Both the position numbers and the translations under genes were made by a program. A stretch of 64,000 bases of DNA from Chloroflexota bacterium. GTDB lineage: Bacteria > Chloroflexota > Dehalococcoidia > Lucifugimonadales > UBA3495. Where the stretch lies: contig JAQBVF010000002.1 in the NCBI GenBank assembly GCA_027623675.1, positions 64,001 to 128,000 of the forward strand, given 5' to 3'. Of this stretch, positions 1 through 11,554 are shown one piece after another (within the stretch, counting starts at the first letter, position 1; every line of letters begins with the position of its first letter). Under the pieces are notes generated by a model. It had not been told where the DNA came from. It made no database searches and saw nothing but the letters and a program-made list of their open reading frames with translations.

Positions 1-35
1 AGGTCTTCTTGTTGCTGTGTATAACCGAAATCCAT
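1..35 (-). CDS. 5' end of probable acyl-CoA dehydrogenase (runs off window)
   Basis: ATG at 35 preceded by a GAGGAG SD; reads MDFGYTQQQED, a typical ACAD N-terminus (MDFxxTxEQE); lies directly downstream of the ETF gene. Only 11 codons visible. Confidence 0.55.
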   Translation of the reverse strand, partial: MDFGYTQQQED

Positions 36-208
36 TTTGAGACTCTCCTCTCTTTGGATAGAGCAGGCCTGGGGTAAAACAGGCCCAGGGATAAAACAGG
101 CCTGGCTCAGGCAAGCCAGCCGGGCCACGGCCCCGTGGTTCACGCGTTGTCATTTTCCAGTGCCACCGAATCGGTGTCAAGTTGACCCGGACGCGATCGT
201 CCGGACGC

Positions 209-2065
209 CTATTCCTCGTTCAGCCCCAGCAGTATCGGCCGCAACTGCTCGACCAAGGGCGGCAGGTACTCCTCCCACGTGCCCACGATACCGAAGTCTG
301 ACGAACGAAACATAACCGCCCGGCGGTTCTGGTTCAGGGCGATGATCACCCCGGCCCGTTGCAGTCCCACGGTGTGATTGAAGGCCCCGCGAATAGCCAC
401 CGCCAGGTACACCTTGGGGGCGATGGTGCGCCCGCTGATGCCTACCATGGCCTGCTGGGGCAGCCACCCCTCGTGGACCACGTCGCGGGTGGTGGCGATG
501 GTGGCGCCGATGGACCGGGCCAACTCCCGTATCTTGGTCAGGCTCTCCGTGCCGCCGATCCCCATGCCCACGCCCAGTACCACCCGGGCTTTGGCCAGCA
601 TCAGGCCGGCCAGGTCTTCCTGGAACTCCTCACTCAGCAGACGGACGTCCGGGCCGTCAAAGGGTGCGGCAGCAAGTTCTTCCACGGTTGGGGCAACGCC
701 CGGCTCCGGGACGGCGGGAGTGAGCAGCCCCGGCCGCAGCGTCACCAGGTTGGGCAGAGTCTTGGAGAGGATGGGCGCGATCACGTTGCCGCCCAGGGCT
801 GGTTTCAGCTGGACCAGCCGGCCTTCCCCGTCGATCTCCAGGTCGATGGCGTCACCCGTAAGGCCCAATTCCAGCCTGGCCGCCAGCCGGGAAGCCAGGT
901 CGCGTCCGTCGGCGGTGGCGGCGAACAGAACGGCGTAGGGCCGTTCTCTCGCGACGGCGCCGGCGAACGCCTGGCCCACGGCGCGCCCGCAGACCGGCCC
1001 GATAGGCGAGTTATCCAAGACCAACACCCGGTCGGCCCCCTGAGAACCCAGTTCTGCGATGGTGTCTTCCCGCCGGGGCGCGATGACCACAGCCACGACT
1101 TCGCTCCGGGTGGTCTGGGTCAACTCGCGGGCCTTTCCCAGCATTTCCATGGTGACATGCGCCAGGCCTTCATTGGTGTTTTCGGCCACCACCCAGATGC
1201 TCCGTTCCTTCCTGCCGGGATAGCGAGGCAGGGCAACGGGAGCGTCAACATAGGCATCAGCTTGGGACTCCGCCGCCAACTCCGCGAGACGCAGACGCAG
1301 GAAATCGGCCACCTGCTTGGCGGCCTCTTCGGGAGTGAGGTCCTGCAGCAGGACACCCAGCCGATTGGGTTCCACCAGGCGGATCTCATCCACCCAAGTA
1401 GGCGAGCCGGCAGACCCGATGGTGGAGAGGTCTATGGACAGGTCGGCGCAGGTCAGCACCTCAGTGGGAATCCCCGCCGCCCGGTCCATCTGTTCCTGAT
1501 CAGGAAAGAGTTCGGGGGCCACGCCTTCGGTCACGCAGACGAGTGCGGGGAGGTCGCATTCAAGGATCTGAAACCCCTCGTCTGTCATGCGCTCCACGAT
1601 CACCGCTTTCCCGTCGTCCCGCATCTCCAGTTTGCGGACATTGCTGATATGGGGTAGGCCCATCAGTTCGGCAATCTCGGGGCCGACCTGGCCCGTTTCG
1701 CCGTCGCTGCTGTTCCGGCCGCAGATGATCAGGTCAGGCTTCTCCCGGGCCAGCGCCCGCGACAGCGCCCGCGAGGTTGCCAGCGTGTCAGACCCGGCCA
1801 ATGCCCGGTCGGATAGCAGCACGGCCCGGTCCGCGCCCAGGGCCACGCAGTTGGTCAGCCCTTCGGTGGCGTTGGGCGGCCCCATTGAGATTACAACCAC
1901 CTCGTCACCGGGTGACTGCTTTAATTCGACAGCCCGGACCAAGGCCAGAAGGTCGAAGGGGTTAACCTCGGAGGGGACTCCTTCGCGGATGATGGTCTTG
2001 GCTTCGTAGTCGAATCTGATACGCGCGATGACTGGCACGTACTTCATGCATACGGCGGTTTTCAT
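209..2065 (-). CDS. Fused electron transfer flavoprotein beta/alpha (EtfB-EtfA / FixAB)
   Basis: N-terminal ETF-beta motifs (CMKYVP, NPFDLLAL, GSDTLATS, DGETGQVGP) and C-terminal ETF-alpha motifs (GRDLASRLAARL, VGISGRTIAP, GAFNHTVG) in one 618-aa ORF. Confidence 0.92.
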   Translation of the reverse strand: MKTAVCMKYVPVIARIRFDYEAKTIIREGVPSEVNPFDLLALVRAVELKQSPGDEVVVISMGPPNATEGLTNCVALGADRAVLLSDRALAGSDTLATSRALSRALAREKPDLIICGRNSSDGETGQVGPEIAELMGLPHISNVRKLEMRDDGKAVIVERMTDEGFQILECDLPALVCVTEGVAPELFPDQEQMDRAAGIPTEVLTCADLSIDLSTIGSAGSPTWVDEIRLVEPNRLGVLLQDLTPEEAAKQVADFLRLRLAELAAESQADAYVDAPVALPRYPGRKERSIWVVAENTNEGLAHVTMEMLGKARELTQTTRSEVVAVVIAPRREDTIAELGSQGADRVLVLDNSPIGPVCGRAVGQAFAGAVARERPYAVLFAATADGRDLASRLAARLELGLTGDAIDLEIDGEGRLVQLKPALGGNVIAPILSKTLPNLVTLRPGLLTPAVPEPGVAPTVEELAAAPFDGPDVRLLSEEFQEDLAGLMLAKARVVLGVGMGIGGTESLTKIRELARSIGATIATTRDVVHEGWLPQQAMVGISGRTIAPKVYLAVAIRGAFNHTVGLQRAGVIIALNQNRRAVMFRSSDFGIVGTWEEYLPPLVEQLRPILLGLNEE

Positions 2066-2154
2066 TGATCGGTGCGCCTCGAGATTAGAATGGCAGGGGA
2101 GGGGTATTTCCCCATTTATTGCGTATTGCGGTCGATTGCGATCGACTGATGTGT

Positions 2155-3540
2155 CTAGTCGCTGTCCGAAACGTTGACGCCCATCGCCTCTTCCCGGACC
2201 GCCGATGTCAGTCGCTCCAGGCGTCCGCTGATGCCAACGGGGTAGCGGGGTGGGTTGCTCAGGGCTTTGAAGCGGTCGTCCAAAAGGCCGAAGTCCTCTT
2301 GGAACCGGCGTCTGACCTCTTCTAGGGTGGCGGCCGGCCCGACCCTCCGCCCGTCCTTCATGACCTCTTCCAGGACCGGCAGCCCACCCGGCAGTTCTTC
2401 TTCGGCCATGGCGATGATATCTTTGGCGAACATGCCGCCTGCGCCCTTGGTGCGGTAGACCTGCTTGGCGCCGGGCAGAGAAACCTTGTCTGTGCTGAGT
2501 TTCATCACCGGCCGGCCATCATAAGAGACCAACTTGTAGGCCATGTCGGTCCAGGGCGCGTCGGCCGAGACGCCCGCTTTGGTGCCCACGCCGAACATGT
2601 CGATGGGAGCGCCCGCTTTGACCAGCTTCTCCAGTTCGTATTCATCGAGGCCGCCGCTGGCCAGTATCTTGACGTGATCCAAACCCGATTCGTCCAGTAT
2701 CCGGCGCACCTGACGGCTCAGTTCATCGAAATCTCCCGAGTCCAGCCGAACCGCCGTCAACTTTTGCCCCTTGGCTTCCATCTCCTTGCCCACCGTCACC
2801 GCGTTCCAGGTCCCGGCGACGGTGTCGTAGGTGTCCACAAGGAGCACGGTGCGGTCGGGGAAAGATTCGGCGTAGGCCCGGAAGGCGTTTAGCTCGGAAT
2901 CAAAGCTGGAGATGAATGAGTGGGCCATGGTGCCGGTAGGCGGCATCCCGTAAAGGTTGGCGGCGAGGACGTTACTGGTGGAATTGAACCCGGCGATGTA
3001 GCTGGCCCGGGCCATCTTGAGGGCCGCGTCGGTGCCCTGGGTGCGCCGCGAGGCGAAGTCGGCGACGCCTCGCCCCTGTGCCGCCCAGACGCAACGGGAG
3101 GCTTTGGTGGCCAGCATGCTTTGGAGGTTCACCTGGTTGATGATGAAGGTCTCAGCGATCTGGGCTTGGATCAGAGGCGCCGTTACCTCCACCGCCGGTT
3201 CGCCGGCGAAATATAGCCTGCCTTCGGGGATGGCGCGGACACTGCCAGTGAACCGGAAGCCAAGCAGGTAATCTAGAAAGTCATCGTTGAATATGCCGGT
3301 GGCCCGCAGGTAATCGACGGAGCGGTCGCTGAAATTCAGGTTGGAAAGATAGTCCAACACGTCTTCCAGACCGGCGGACACGAAGTAGGCGCGGTTAACT
3401 GGATAGGTGCGGGTGAACAGGCTGAAGGTTGCCTCGGCTGACATCCCCTGGCGTAGGAACGCCTGGGACATGGTTAGCTCATAAAGGTCGGTGAAAAGGC
3501 CCAGGTCTTCTCCGGGCAGTGGGAGTTTTGGCTCGGTCAT
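2155..3540 (-). CDS. pncB: Nicotinate phosphoribosyltransferase
   Basis: LFTDLYELTM, DFASRR, GTMAHS, LLVDTYDT, VRLDSGD, ASGGLDE motifs. Confidence 0.95.
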   Translation of the reverse strand: MTEPKLPLPGEDLGLFTDLYELTMSQAFLRQGMSAEATFSLFTRTYPVNRAYFVSAGLEDVLDYLSNLNFSDRSVDYLRATGIFNDDFLDYLLGFRFTGSVRAIPEGRLYFAGEPAVEVTAPLIQAQIAETFIINQVNLQSMLATKASRCVWAAQGRGVADFASRRTQGTDAALKMARASYIAGFNSTSNVLAANLYGMPPTGTMAHSFISSFDSELNAFRAYAESFPDRTVLLVDTYDTVAGTWNAVTVGKEMEAKGQKLTAVRLDSGDFDELSRQVRRILDESGLDHVKILASGGLDEYELEKLVKAGAPIDMFGVGTKAGVSADAPWTDMAYKLVSYDGRPVMKLSTDKVSLPGAKQVYRTKGAGGMFAKDIIAMAEEELPGGLPVLEEVMKDGRRVGPAATLEEVRRRFQEDFGLLDDRFKALSNPPRYPVGISGRLERLTSAVREEAMGVNVSDSD

Positions 3541-3584
3541 CTATTCCGCAATGGGGCTGTGTGGTTTCCGTTAGGTTAGGGCGT

Positions 3585-3614
3585 ATTATGTTGGCGTTCC
3601 GAAGGCGATGTCAA
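3585..3614 (-). promoter_or_regulatory. Sigma70-type promoter for pncB
   Basis: TTGACA-18 bp-CATAAT on the minus strand, 45 nt upstream of the pncB ATG. Confidence 0.6.
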
Positions 3615-3671
3615 CCGAGTCTGGGCGTGGTCCACGCCTGAGCGCCGTACAGCCAAGCGGCCACCCTCTTC

Positions 3672-3700
3672 TTGACACGATGACTGCCCCTTAGTAACAT
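3672..3700 (+). promoter_or_regulatory. Sigma70-type promoter for the SAM-riboswitch operon
   Basis: TTGACA-17 bp-TAACAT. Confidence 0.7.
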
Positions 3701-3782
3701 TTAGGCGACCCTCGGTGTGTTTACCAAGCCACCTGCGGTTGGTTTTACTGATTGTCTTAAAAACAGAAAAGTAACTCAGAAA

Positions 3783-3916
3783 CCCTTATCCAGAACGGCA
3801 GAGGGGACGGCCCGATGAAGCCTAGCAACCGGTCCTAGTCCGCCACGGCAGGCGACGATACGGTGCTAATTCCGGCGCCAGACGCTGCGCCAGCAGCGCC
3901 AGGCGAAAGATGAGGG
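3783..3916 (+). promoter_or_regulatory. SAM-I (S-box) riboswitch
   Basis: CTTATCCAGA..GGCAGAGGGGACGGCCCGATGAAGCC..GCAACC..GGTGCTAATTCC..GAAAGATGAG consensus; P1 CCCTTATC/GATGAGGG; upstream of methionine salvage/SAM cycle genes. Confidence 0.95.
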
Positions 3917-3935
3917 GAGGCTCAGAGTACCTGTG

Positions 3936-3960
3936 AGCTTCTCTCTCGAGAAGCTTTTTT
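3936..3960 (+). terminator. Riboswitch expression-platform terminator
   Basis: AGCTTCTC-tctc-GAGAAGCT followed by a T-run; competing hairpin GGAGGCTCA/TGAGCTTCT (3916-3942) overlaps the P1 3' strand. Confidence 0.85.
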
Positions 3961-4053
3961 AATGTCTGAGACCAATCATATCCCCCGGTTCCACGGCGAT
4001 GGCGCTAGGCCATCGCCCAAGGATGCGGCCTAGAAACCCCTGGAGTATTTCCG

Positions 4054-5097
4054 GTGAGCGAGATTCGACCTATAGAGTGGGCCAACGGCACACTCAGACT
4101 GCTTGACCAGACCCTGCTTCCATCTCAAGAAGTGATCGTGGAAGCTCATGGGTATCTGGAAGCCGTCGACGCCATCAAGACGATGCGCGTGCGGGGAGCT
4201 CCAGCTATCGGCGTCACCGCCGCTTACGCCGTCGCCATGGCCGCCAGAGAGCTGGATTCTCCCGACCGGGACCGATTCTTACAGCGGTTGGCAGAGGCCG
4301 GCGCCGTGATCAAGGCTGCCCGCCCCACCGCCGTTAACCTGATGTGGGCCGTGGACCGGATGGTTGCCCTGGCCAACACTCAAAGCGGTATAGCGGACAT
4401 CCGCGAACGCTTGATGTCGGAAGCCATCACGATCGAGAAAGAAGATGAAGCGATCAACCGCAAGATGGGCAGCCACGGCAAAGAACTGATGCCCGACGGC
4501 GGGTCGGTGCTGACACACTGCAACGCCGGCGCTCTGGCGACAGCCGCCTTTGGCACGGCGGTTGGGGTCATTCGGGCTGGCTGGGAAGACGGCAAGCGCT
4601 TCAAGGTGTTCAACACCGAGACCAGGCCGTTCCTGCAGGGCGCGCGGTTGACGGCTTGGGAGTTCAAGCAGCTTGGCATACCTTCCACCCTGATAGTGGA
4701 CTCCGCGGCCGGCATGCTCATGCGCCGGGGCGAGATCGGCTGCGTCATCACTGGGGCCGACCGCATCGCCGCCAACGGAGACACGGCAAACAAGATCGGC
4801 ACCTACACGCTGGCGGTGCTGGCCAAAGAGAATGGGATACCCTTCTACGTCGCCGCTCCCATCAGCACGGTGGACCTGAGCCTTAGCAACGGAGACGAGA
4901 TCGAGATAGAACAACGTTCCCAGACCGAGGTCACTGAATTCAGGGGAGTGCGTATCGCGCCCGACGGAGTAGAAGCCCTTAATCCTGGGTTCGACGTGAC
5001 ACCCGCCAGATACGTGAGCGCCATCATCACCGAAGCTGGGGTTGCCCGCCCGCCCTATACCGACAGCCTTGCCCTGGCGGCTAAGGCGGCCCGATGA
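4054..5097 (+). CDS. mtnA: S-methyl-5-thioribose-1-phosphate isomerase
   Basis: LLDQTLLP, MRVRGAPAIG, RPTAVNL, LTHCNAGALAT, ETRPFLQGARLTAWE, NKIGTY, NPGFDVTP. Confidence 0.96.
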   Translation: MSEIRPIEWANGTLRLLDQTLLPSQEVIVEAHGYLEAVDAIKTMRVRGAPAIGVTAAYAVAMAARELDSPDRDRFLQRLAEAGAVIKAARPTAVNLMWAVDRMVALANTQSGIADIRERLMSEAITIEKEDEAINRKMGSHGKELMPDGGSVLTHCNAGALATAAFGTAVGVIRAGWEDGKRFKVFNTETRPFLQGARLTAWEFKQLGIPSTLIVDSAAGMLMRRGEIGCVITGADRIAANGDTANKIGTYTLAVLAKENGIPFYVAAPISTVDLSLSNGDEIEIEQRSQTEVTEFRGVRIAPDGVEALNPGFDVTPARYVSAIITEAGVARPPYTDSLALAAKAAR

Positions 5098-5966
5098 GAA
5101 CGGCGCAGGGAGCCACGGTGGCGGTGATCGGAGGCAGCGGCCTCTATGACATGGACGGTTTGACCGGCGTCGAATTCGTGAATGTGGACACGCCTTTCGG
5201 GAAACCCAGCGACGCCATAGTGCTGGGAGAGTTGGAAGGGGTGCGAGTCGCCTTCCTGCCGCGTCATGGCCGGGGGCACCGGTTCAACCCGACCCACATT
5301 CCGGCCCGCGCCAACATCTACGCGCTCAAGTCGTTGGGCGTGGAACGCATAATCTCAGTGAGCGCGGTTGGCAGCCTTAAAGAGGAGTTCGCTCCGCTGG
5401 ACCTGGTGATACCCAATCAGTTGATCGACCGCACCAGACTGCGCGAAAGCACCTTCTTCGACACCGACATGGTGGTGCACGTGGCCATGGCCGACCCGTT
5501 CTGCGCGGCAACCAGCCAGGCGGTGCACCAGGCGGCCCAGCAGTTGGACATCACGGTGCATCCCGGCGGGACCATGGTGGTGATGGAAGGACCGGCCTTT
5601 TCAACCAGGGCCGAATCGTTCATGTACCGCTCCTGGGGAGCAGACATAATCGGCATGACGGCGCTCCCGGAGGCCAAGCTGGCCCGGGAAGCCGAGATGT
5701 GCTACGCCACCATGGCCTGGATCACCGACTACGATTGTTGGCACCAAAGCTCGGAGTCGGTCACGGTGGACATGGTGATCGCCAATCTATTGAAGAACGT
5801 GGCGACCTCAAAAGCACTGCTGCGGCAGGTGATTCCGGCGCTGAAAGGCGAGCGCAATTGTCCCTGCGAGTCGGCGCTTAAAGATGCGATAATCACCCGG
5901 AAAGAAGAGATTCCGGAAGATTTGAAACGAAAACTAGCCCCGGTAACAGGAAGATATTTAAGTTAG
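5094..5966 (+). CDS. mtnP: S-methyl-5'-thioadenosine phosphorylase
   Basis: IGGSGLY, TPFGKPS, FLPRHG, EGPAFSTRAES, GMTALPEAKLAREAE, TDYDCW; ATGA overlap with mtnA. Confidence 0.95.
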   Translation: MRTAQGATVAVIGGSGLYDMDGLTGVEFVNVDTPFGKPSDAIVLGELEGVRVAFLPRHGRGHRFNPTHIPARANIYALKSLGVERIISVSAVGSLKEEFAPLDLVIPNQLIDRTRLRESTFFDTDMVVHVAMADPFCAATSQAVHQAAQQLDITVHPGGTMVVMEGPAFSTRAESFMYRSWGADIIGMTALPEAKLAREAEMCYATMAWITDYDCWHQSSESVTVDMVIANLLKNVATSKALLRQVIPALKGERNCPCESALKDAIITRKEEIPEDLKRKLAPVTGRYLS

Positions 5967-6005
5967 GGACCGGTAACGTCCCGGCTAAGATCGAGGAGGA
6001 CCGAA

Positions 6006-6362
6006 ATGCCTAGACAAGACCCAGGGGAGCCATATTTCAGGGTGAATTCCGCCGAAGGCCAGGCGATGCGTGAAGCGGACCCTGATGGCATTGTGGTGAT
6101 AGATGTCCGGCGCGACGATGAGTGGGTCACCGGCCACGTCGCTGGCGCCATCCACGTTCCGGTTGACGACCTGACGGACAGGATCGACCAGATCCCCACC
6201 GACAAGAAAGTATTGTTCATCTGCGCCGCCGGCGTAAGGAGCGGCTTGGCCTGCGAGATGGCCGCGGCCCTGGGCTACGAAGCAGAGAACCTGTACAACA
6301 TCGAAGACGGGACACCCGCCTGGATCGCCGGCGGCCATCCCACTTCTTACGGCGACGACTAG
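6006..6362 (+). CDS. Single-domain rhodanese-like sulfurtransferase
   Basis: IDVRRDDEW, GHVAGAIHVP, active-site loop CAAGVRS; strong GAGGAGG SD. Confidence 0.88.
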   Translation: MPRQDPGEPYFRVNSAEGQAMREADPDGIVVIDVRRDDEWVTGHVAGAIHVPVDDLTDRIDQIPTDKKVLFICAAGVRSGLACEMAAALGYEAENLYNIEDGTPAWIAGGHPTSYGDD

Positions 6363-6396
6363 CCGAAGGCGGCGACAACTAGCTAGCGGCGACTAG

Positions 6397-7773
<1,377 letters not shown>

Positions 7774-7858
7774 GCCACCAGACATAACGCATACACCGGC
7801 AAATTCAACACGAGGGGCAGACCGGCCCCAGGTTGCAACAGGAGAGAGAAGAACTACC

Positions 7859-9067
7859 ATGCCAATGCTATTCCACGAATCGCCCAAATACCTGCTGACT
7901 TCAGAGTCGGTAACCGAAGGACACCCCGACAAGCTATGCGACCAGATCTCCGACGGAGTACTGGACGCCGTACTGACCAACGACCCCATGGGCCGCGTCG
8001 CCTGTGAGACCGCCGTCACCAACGGACTGGTCATGGTCATGGGTGAGATCACCACCAACTCGTATGTGGACGTGCCCAAGATCGTCCGCGAGACCCTGGC
8101 CAGGGCCGGGTACACCAACTCCGACTACGGTATCGACGCCATGAGCTGCGGAGTGGCTGTCTCCATCCAGGAGCAGTCCAGCGATATCAGCGCCGGCGTT
8201 ACCACCGCCCTGGAACAGCGCGGCTCGGCCGCGGAAGAAGCCTTGATGCAGACCGGCGCCGGCGACCAGGGAATGATGGTCGGGTTCGCCTGCAATGAGA
8301 CTCCCGAACTGATGCCCCTCACGGTGAGCCTGTCCCAGCGGTTGGTTGAGCGACTGGCCCTGGTCCGGAAGGAGGGCATCCTGCCCTACCTGCGGCCCGA
8401 CGGCAAGTCCCAGGTGACCGTTGAGTATCGCCACGGGGTCGCCCACCGCGTTGACACCGTGGTCATCAGCGCCCAGCACAACCCCGAAGTCACCAACGAG
8501 CAGATCGAGAAGGACATCACCGAGCAGGTCATCAAGAAGATCGTCCCCGCCAATCTGATGGACGCCGACACCAAGATCTTCGTCAACCCCAGCGGCCGGT
8601 TCGTGATTGGCGGACCCGCCGGGGATAGCGGCCTGACCGGCCGGAAGATTCTGGTCGACACCTACGGCGGCATCGCTCGTCACGGCGGCGGCGCTTTCTC
8701 GGGCAAGGACCCGACCAAGGTTGACCGTTCGGCGGCCTACGCTGCCCGCTACGTGGCCAAGAACCTGGTGGCGGCCGGCCTGGCCGACCGCGCCGAAGTT
8801 CTAGTCTCCTACGCCATCGGCGTGGCCACCCCCATATCGGTGGCGGTCGAGACCTTCGACACCAACAAGGTCGACAGCGACACCATCCACGCACTGGTGG
8901 CCAAGCACTTCGACCTGCGTCCCGCGGCAATCATCCGCGACCTGGACCTGCGCCGGCCGATCTACCAGGCCACGGCCGCCTACGGGCACTTTGGGCGGGA
9001 ATCGCTCAACCTGTCCTGGGAGAGGACCGATAAAGCCGAAGCCTTGAGGAAAGACGCTGGCCTCTAG
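7859..9067 (+). CDS. metK: S-adenosylmethionine synthetase
   Basis: [43 protein letters not shown]; start moved to ATG 7859 (alternative 7865). Confidence 0.97.
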   Translation: MPMLFHESPKYLLTSESVTEGHPDKLCDQISDGVLDAVLTNDPMGRVACETAVTNGLVMVMGEITTNSYVDVPKIVRETLARAGYTNSDYGIDAMSCGVAVSIQEQSSDISAGVTTALEQRGSAAEEALMQTGAGDQGMMVGFACNETPELMPLTVSLSQRLVERLALVRKEGILPYLRPDGKSQVTVEYRHGVAHRVDTVVISAQHNPEVTNEQIEKDITEQVIKKIVPANLMDADTKIFVNPSGRFVIGGPAGDSGLTGRKILVDTYGGIARHGGGAFSGKDPTKVDRSAAYAARYVAKNLVAAGLADRAEVLVSYAIGVATPISVAVETFDTNKVDSDTIHALVAKHFDLRPAAIIRDLDLRRPIYQATAAYGHFGRESLNLSWERTDKAEALRKDAGL

Positions 9068-9126
9068 CCTTCCGGTCTAAGCTGTTTATCAACTCTCTAG
9101 GGGGCAGTTGATAGCAGGCAGATCCT

Positions 9127-9161
9127 GGGGTCCTTGGCAGATTGCCAAGGACCCCATTTTT
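9127..9161 (+). terminator. Probable intrinsic terminator after metK
   Basis: Perfect 13-bp stem GGGGTCCTTGGCA-gat-TGCCAAGGACCCC followed by ATTTTT. Confidence 0.7.
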
Positions 9162-9265
9162 ATTGCCCTTAACGGATTCTGGTAACATGCGTTTTACCGT
9201 ATCGATGGCCGGAGCGGCGAAAACATGCCAACCGGCATCGAAATCCAACTCACCGAGGCGTTGAA

Positions 9266-10699
9266 TTGGCCGACCTGACAGACATAAGATTCGGGACCGA
9301 CGGCTGGCGGGCGTTGATCGCCAACGAGTATACGTTCGAGAACGTGGCCCGTTGCGCTGAGGGCCTGTGTGTTCATCTGAAAGCGGCCGGAACGGCCGGC
9401 AAGGGTTTGGTCGTTGGCTACGACACCCGGTTCCTGTCGCCCGAGTTCGCAGATACCGTTGCCGCTGTGTGCGCCGCCCAAGGAGTCAAAGTTTACCTGG
9501 CTGATAAACAAGCCCCTACCCCGGTCCTCAGCTACAACGTATTGCACCATCAGGCAGGCGGCGCCGCCATCATCACCGCCAGCCACAACCCCGCCCAGTG
9601 GAACGGGTTCAAGTTCAAGCCCGAATACGCCGGCAGCGCCACTCAGGAGATCACGGACCGTCTGGAGGCGGCCATCGCCCAGGTCCCGGTTAAGCCAGTC
9701 CCCAGCATGGCGGCGGGGCGGGAGAGCGGAATGATTGTGGACATTGACCCCGCGCCTCCCTACCTCGAGCGCATCGCCTCTCAGGTGAACCTGGACGCCA
9801 TCAAGAGCGCCGGCCTCCAGGTTGTCGTGGATGCCATGTACGGGGCCGGATTGGGCTACCTGCCGGCGCTCTTAGCCGGCGGCAAAACCACCGTCAGGGA
9901 GCTCCACGGCCACCGTAACCCGGCATTTCCCGGTATGCAGCAGCCTGAGCCCATCGCCCACAATCTGACGGAGATTTCGGCTCTCATCGCCAAGGAGGGC
10001 GCTCACGGGGGAAAGTCGGTGGGTATCGCCCTGGATGGCGACGCCGACCGTGTGGGAATCATCGACGAGCAGGGCCGCTTCGTCACCACATTGGACACTT
10101 TTTCCATGCTGGCCCAGTACCTTTTGGAGCAGAAGCAGCAGCGCGGAGCACTGGTCAAGGGCGTCACCTCATCCATCGCCCTCAACCACTTGGGCGCGGC
10201 CTACGGGGTGGATGTCCACGAGATGCGGGTTGGCTTCAAAAACATCGGCCCCAAAATGACTGAGGTGGACGCCTTGATGGGCGGGGAGGAGAGCGGCGGG
10301 TTCGCCTTCCGGGGCCATATCCCCGAACGCGACGGCATCCTGAGCGGGCTGTATATCCTGGAATACATGGCCGTAACCGGCGAAAGTCCAACCCAGTTGT
10401 TGCAGCGGTTGATCGACAAGGTCGGCCCCCACTCGTACCACCGGCGTGACATCGGCTTCCAAGCCAGCGACCGGGAACGGATCCTAGAAGCGGTGAACGA
10501 CCCGGCTTTTACCGAGGTCGCCGGAATCCCGATTCTCGGCTCCGACACAATCGATGGCCGCAGGTTCCGGGTGGATGACGGCTGGCTGGCGGTGCGGTTC
10601 TCCGGCACCGAGCCCCTGCTCCGCATCTACGCCGAAGCCGCCACGCCCGAGTTGGTGGAGAAGCTACTTGATGGGGCCATGACCTACCTCAAGGTCTAG
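9266..10699 (+). CDS. Phosphoglucomutase/phosphomannomutase family protein
   Basis: FGTDGWR, TASHNP, DGDADR, GEESGG, RFSGTEP. Confidence 0.93.
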   Translation: MADLTDIRFGTDGWRALIANEYTFENVARCAEGLCVHLKAAGTAGKGLVVGYDTRFLSPEFADTVAAVCAAQGVKVYLADKQAPTPVLSYNVLHHQAGGAAIITASHNPAQWNGFKFKPEYAGSATQEITDRLEAAIAQVPVKPVPSMAAGRESGMIVDIDPAPPYLERIASQVNLDAIKSAGLQVVVDAMYGAGLGYLPALLAGGKTTVRELHGHRNPAFPGMQQPEPIAHNLTEISALIAKEGAHGGKSVGIALDGDADRVGIIDEQGRFVTTLDTFSMLAQYLLEQKQQRGALVKGVTSSIALNHLGAAYGVDVHEMRVGFKNIGPKMTEVDALMGGEESGGFAFRGHIPERDGILSGLYILEYMAVTGESPTQLLQRLIDKVGPHSYHRRDIGFQASDRERILEAVNDPAFTEVAGIPILGSDTIDGRRFRVDDGWLAVRFSGTEPLLRIYAEAATPELVEKLLDGAMTYLKV

Positions 10700-11033
10700 C
10701 CAGCAGGTGACCGTGCCGGTCAACACGAATCAAGCGAAGCGTCCGGACGCCGGGGTTGAGCCAGAGTTCACCAAGCAACGAGGGTCTTTCCCGAATCGTC
10801 GGCCTCAAGTAATCAGGCCGCTCCCGTTGGTCCTGAGCTCCGTCGAAGGGCGTGCATAAGTCTCGTTGGGGGATAACGCTAAATGCGGTGGGTTCCAGGT
10901 CTTAATCCCGAAGGATGCCACGAACGGGACGCCGGGAATCCGGCCTGTCGGGTGCAACCGGCTACAATCACCAAAGGAATGAGACCGTTGGCCCATCTCC
11001 AGAAGGGCTCGGAATGACGGCTTTCGTTGAATG

Positions 11034-11063
11034 AAAAAGGCCCCGGAATTATCCGGGGCCTTT
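11034..11063 (-). terminator. Intrinsic terminator of the ribosomal superoperon (possibly bidirectional)
   Basis: AAAGGCCCCGGA-atta-TCCGGGGCCTTT, 25 nt past the rpsI stop. Confidence 0.8.
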
Positions 11064-11087
11064 CGGTTTCCAGTTGTTGCTGGGTCT

Positions 11088-11498
11088 CTACCGCTTGGTG
11101 TACTGCGGCGCCCGGCGGGCCCGCTTGAGGCCGTACTTCTTGCTCTCTTTGATGCGGGCGTCGCGGGTGATGAGACCGGCCCGGCGCAAACTGGGCTTGA
11201 GGGTGGCGTCGTAGACCACCAGCGCCCGGGCGATGCCGTGACGGATGGCCTCGGATTGCGCGTTCACACCTCCGCCGGCGACCTTGACCACCACCCGGAA
11301 CTTGTTGACGGTATCGCTGATACGGAACGCTTCGTTGATCGTCTTCTGCCAGGGGGCCCAGTTGAAGAACTCGTCCATGGGCTTCCCGTTGACCAGGATG
11401 GGGCCGCCGTCGTCCAGGTAAAGGCGCACCCGGGCGATGGCCGTCTTACGCTTGCCCGTTCCGTAGAAATAAGTCTGGTTGGCTTCAGCTTGTACCAA
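11088..11498 (-). CDS. rpsI: 30S ribosomal protein S9
   Basis: GTGKRKTAIARV ... KKYGLKRARRAPQYTKR. Confidence 0.97.
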   Translation of the reverse strand: MVQAEANQTYFYGTGKRKTAIARVRLYLDDGGPILVNGKPMDEFFNWAPWQKTINEAFRISDTVNKFRVVVKVAGGGVNAQSEAIRHGIARALVVYDATLKPSLRRAGLITRDARIKESKKYGLKRARRAPQYTKR

Positions 11499-11554
11499 GG
11501 TTGGTCTTTCCTTTTATTTGACTATGCGCTACTCGGCTAGGGGTTAGGCGAGCG

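Noticed and set aside
359..1657. Long opposite-strand or shadow ORFs here and elsewhere (e.g. 6652-7557, 23245-24375, 36495-37604, 47254-48057, 59463-60512)
   Set aside because: Antisense to well-supported genes; expected from high GC3 codon bias; no recognisable motifs
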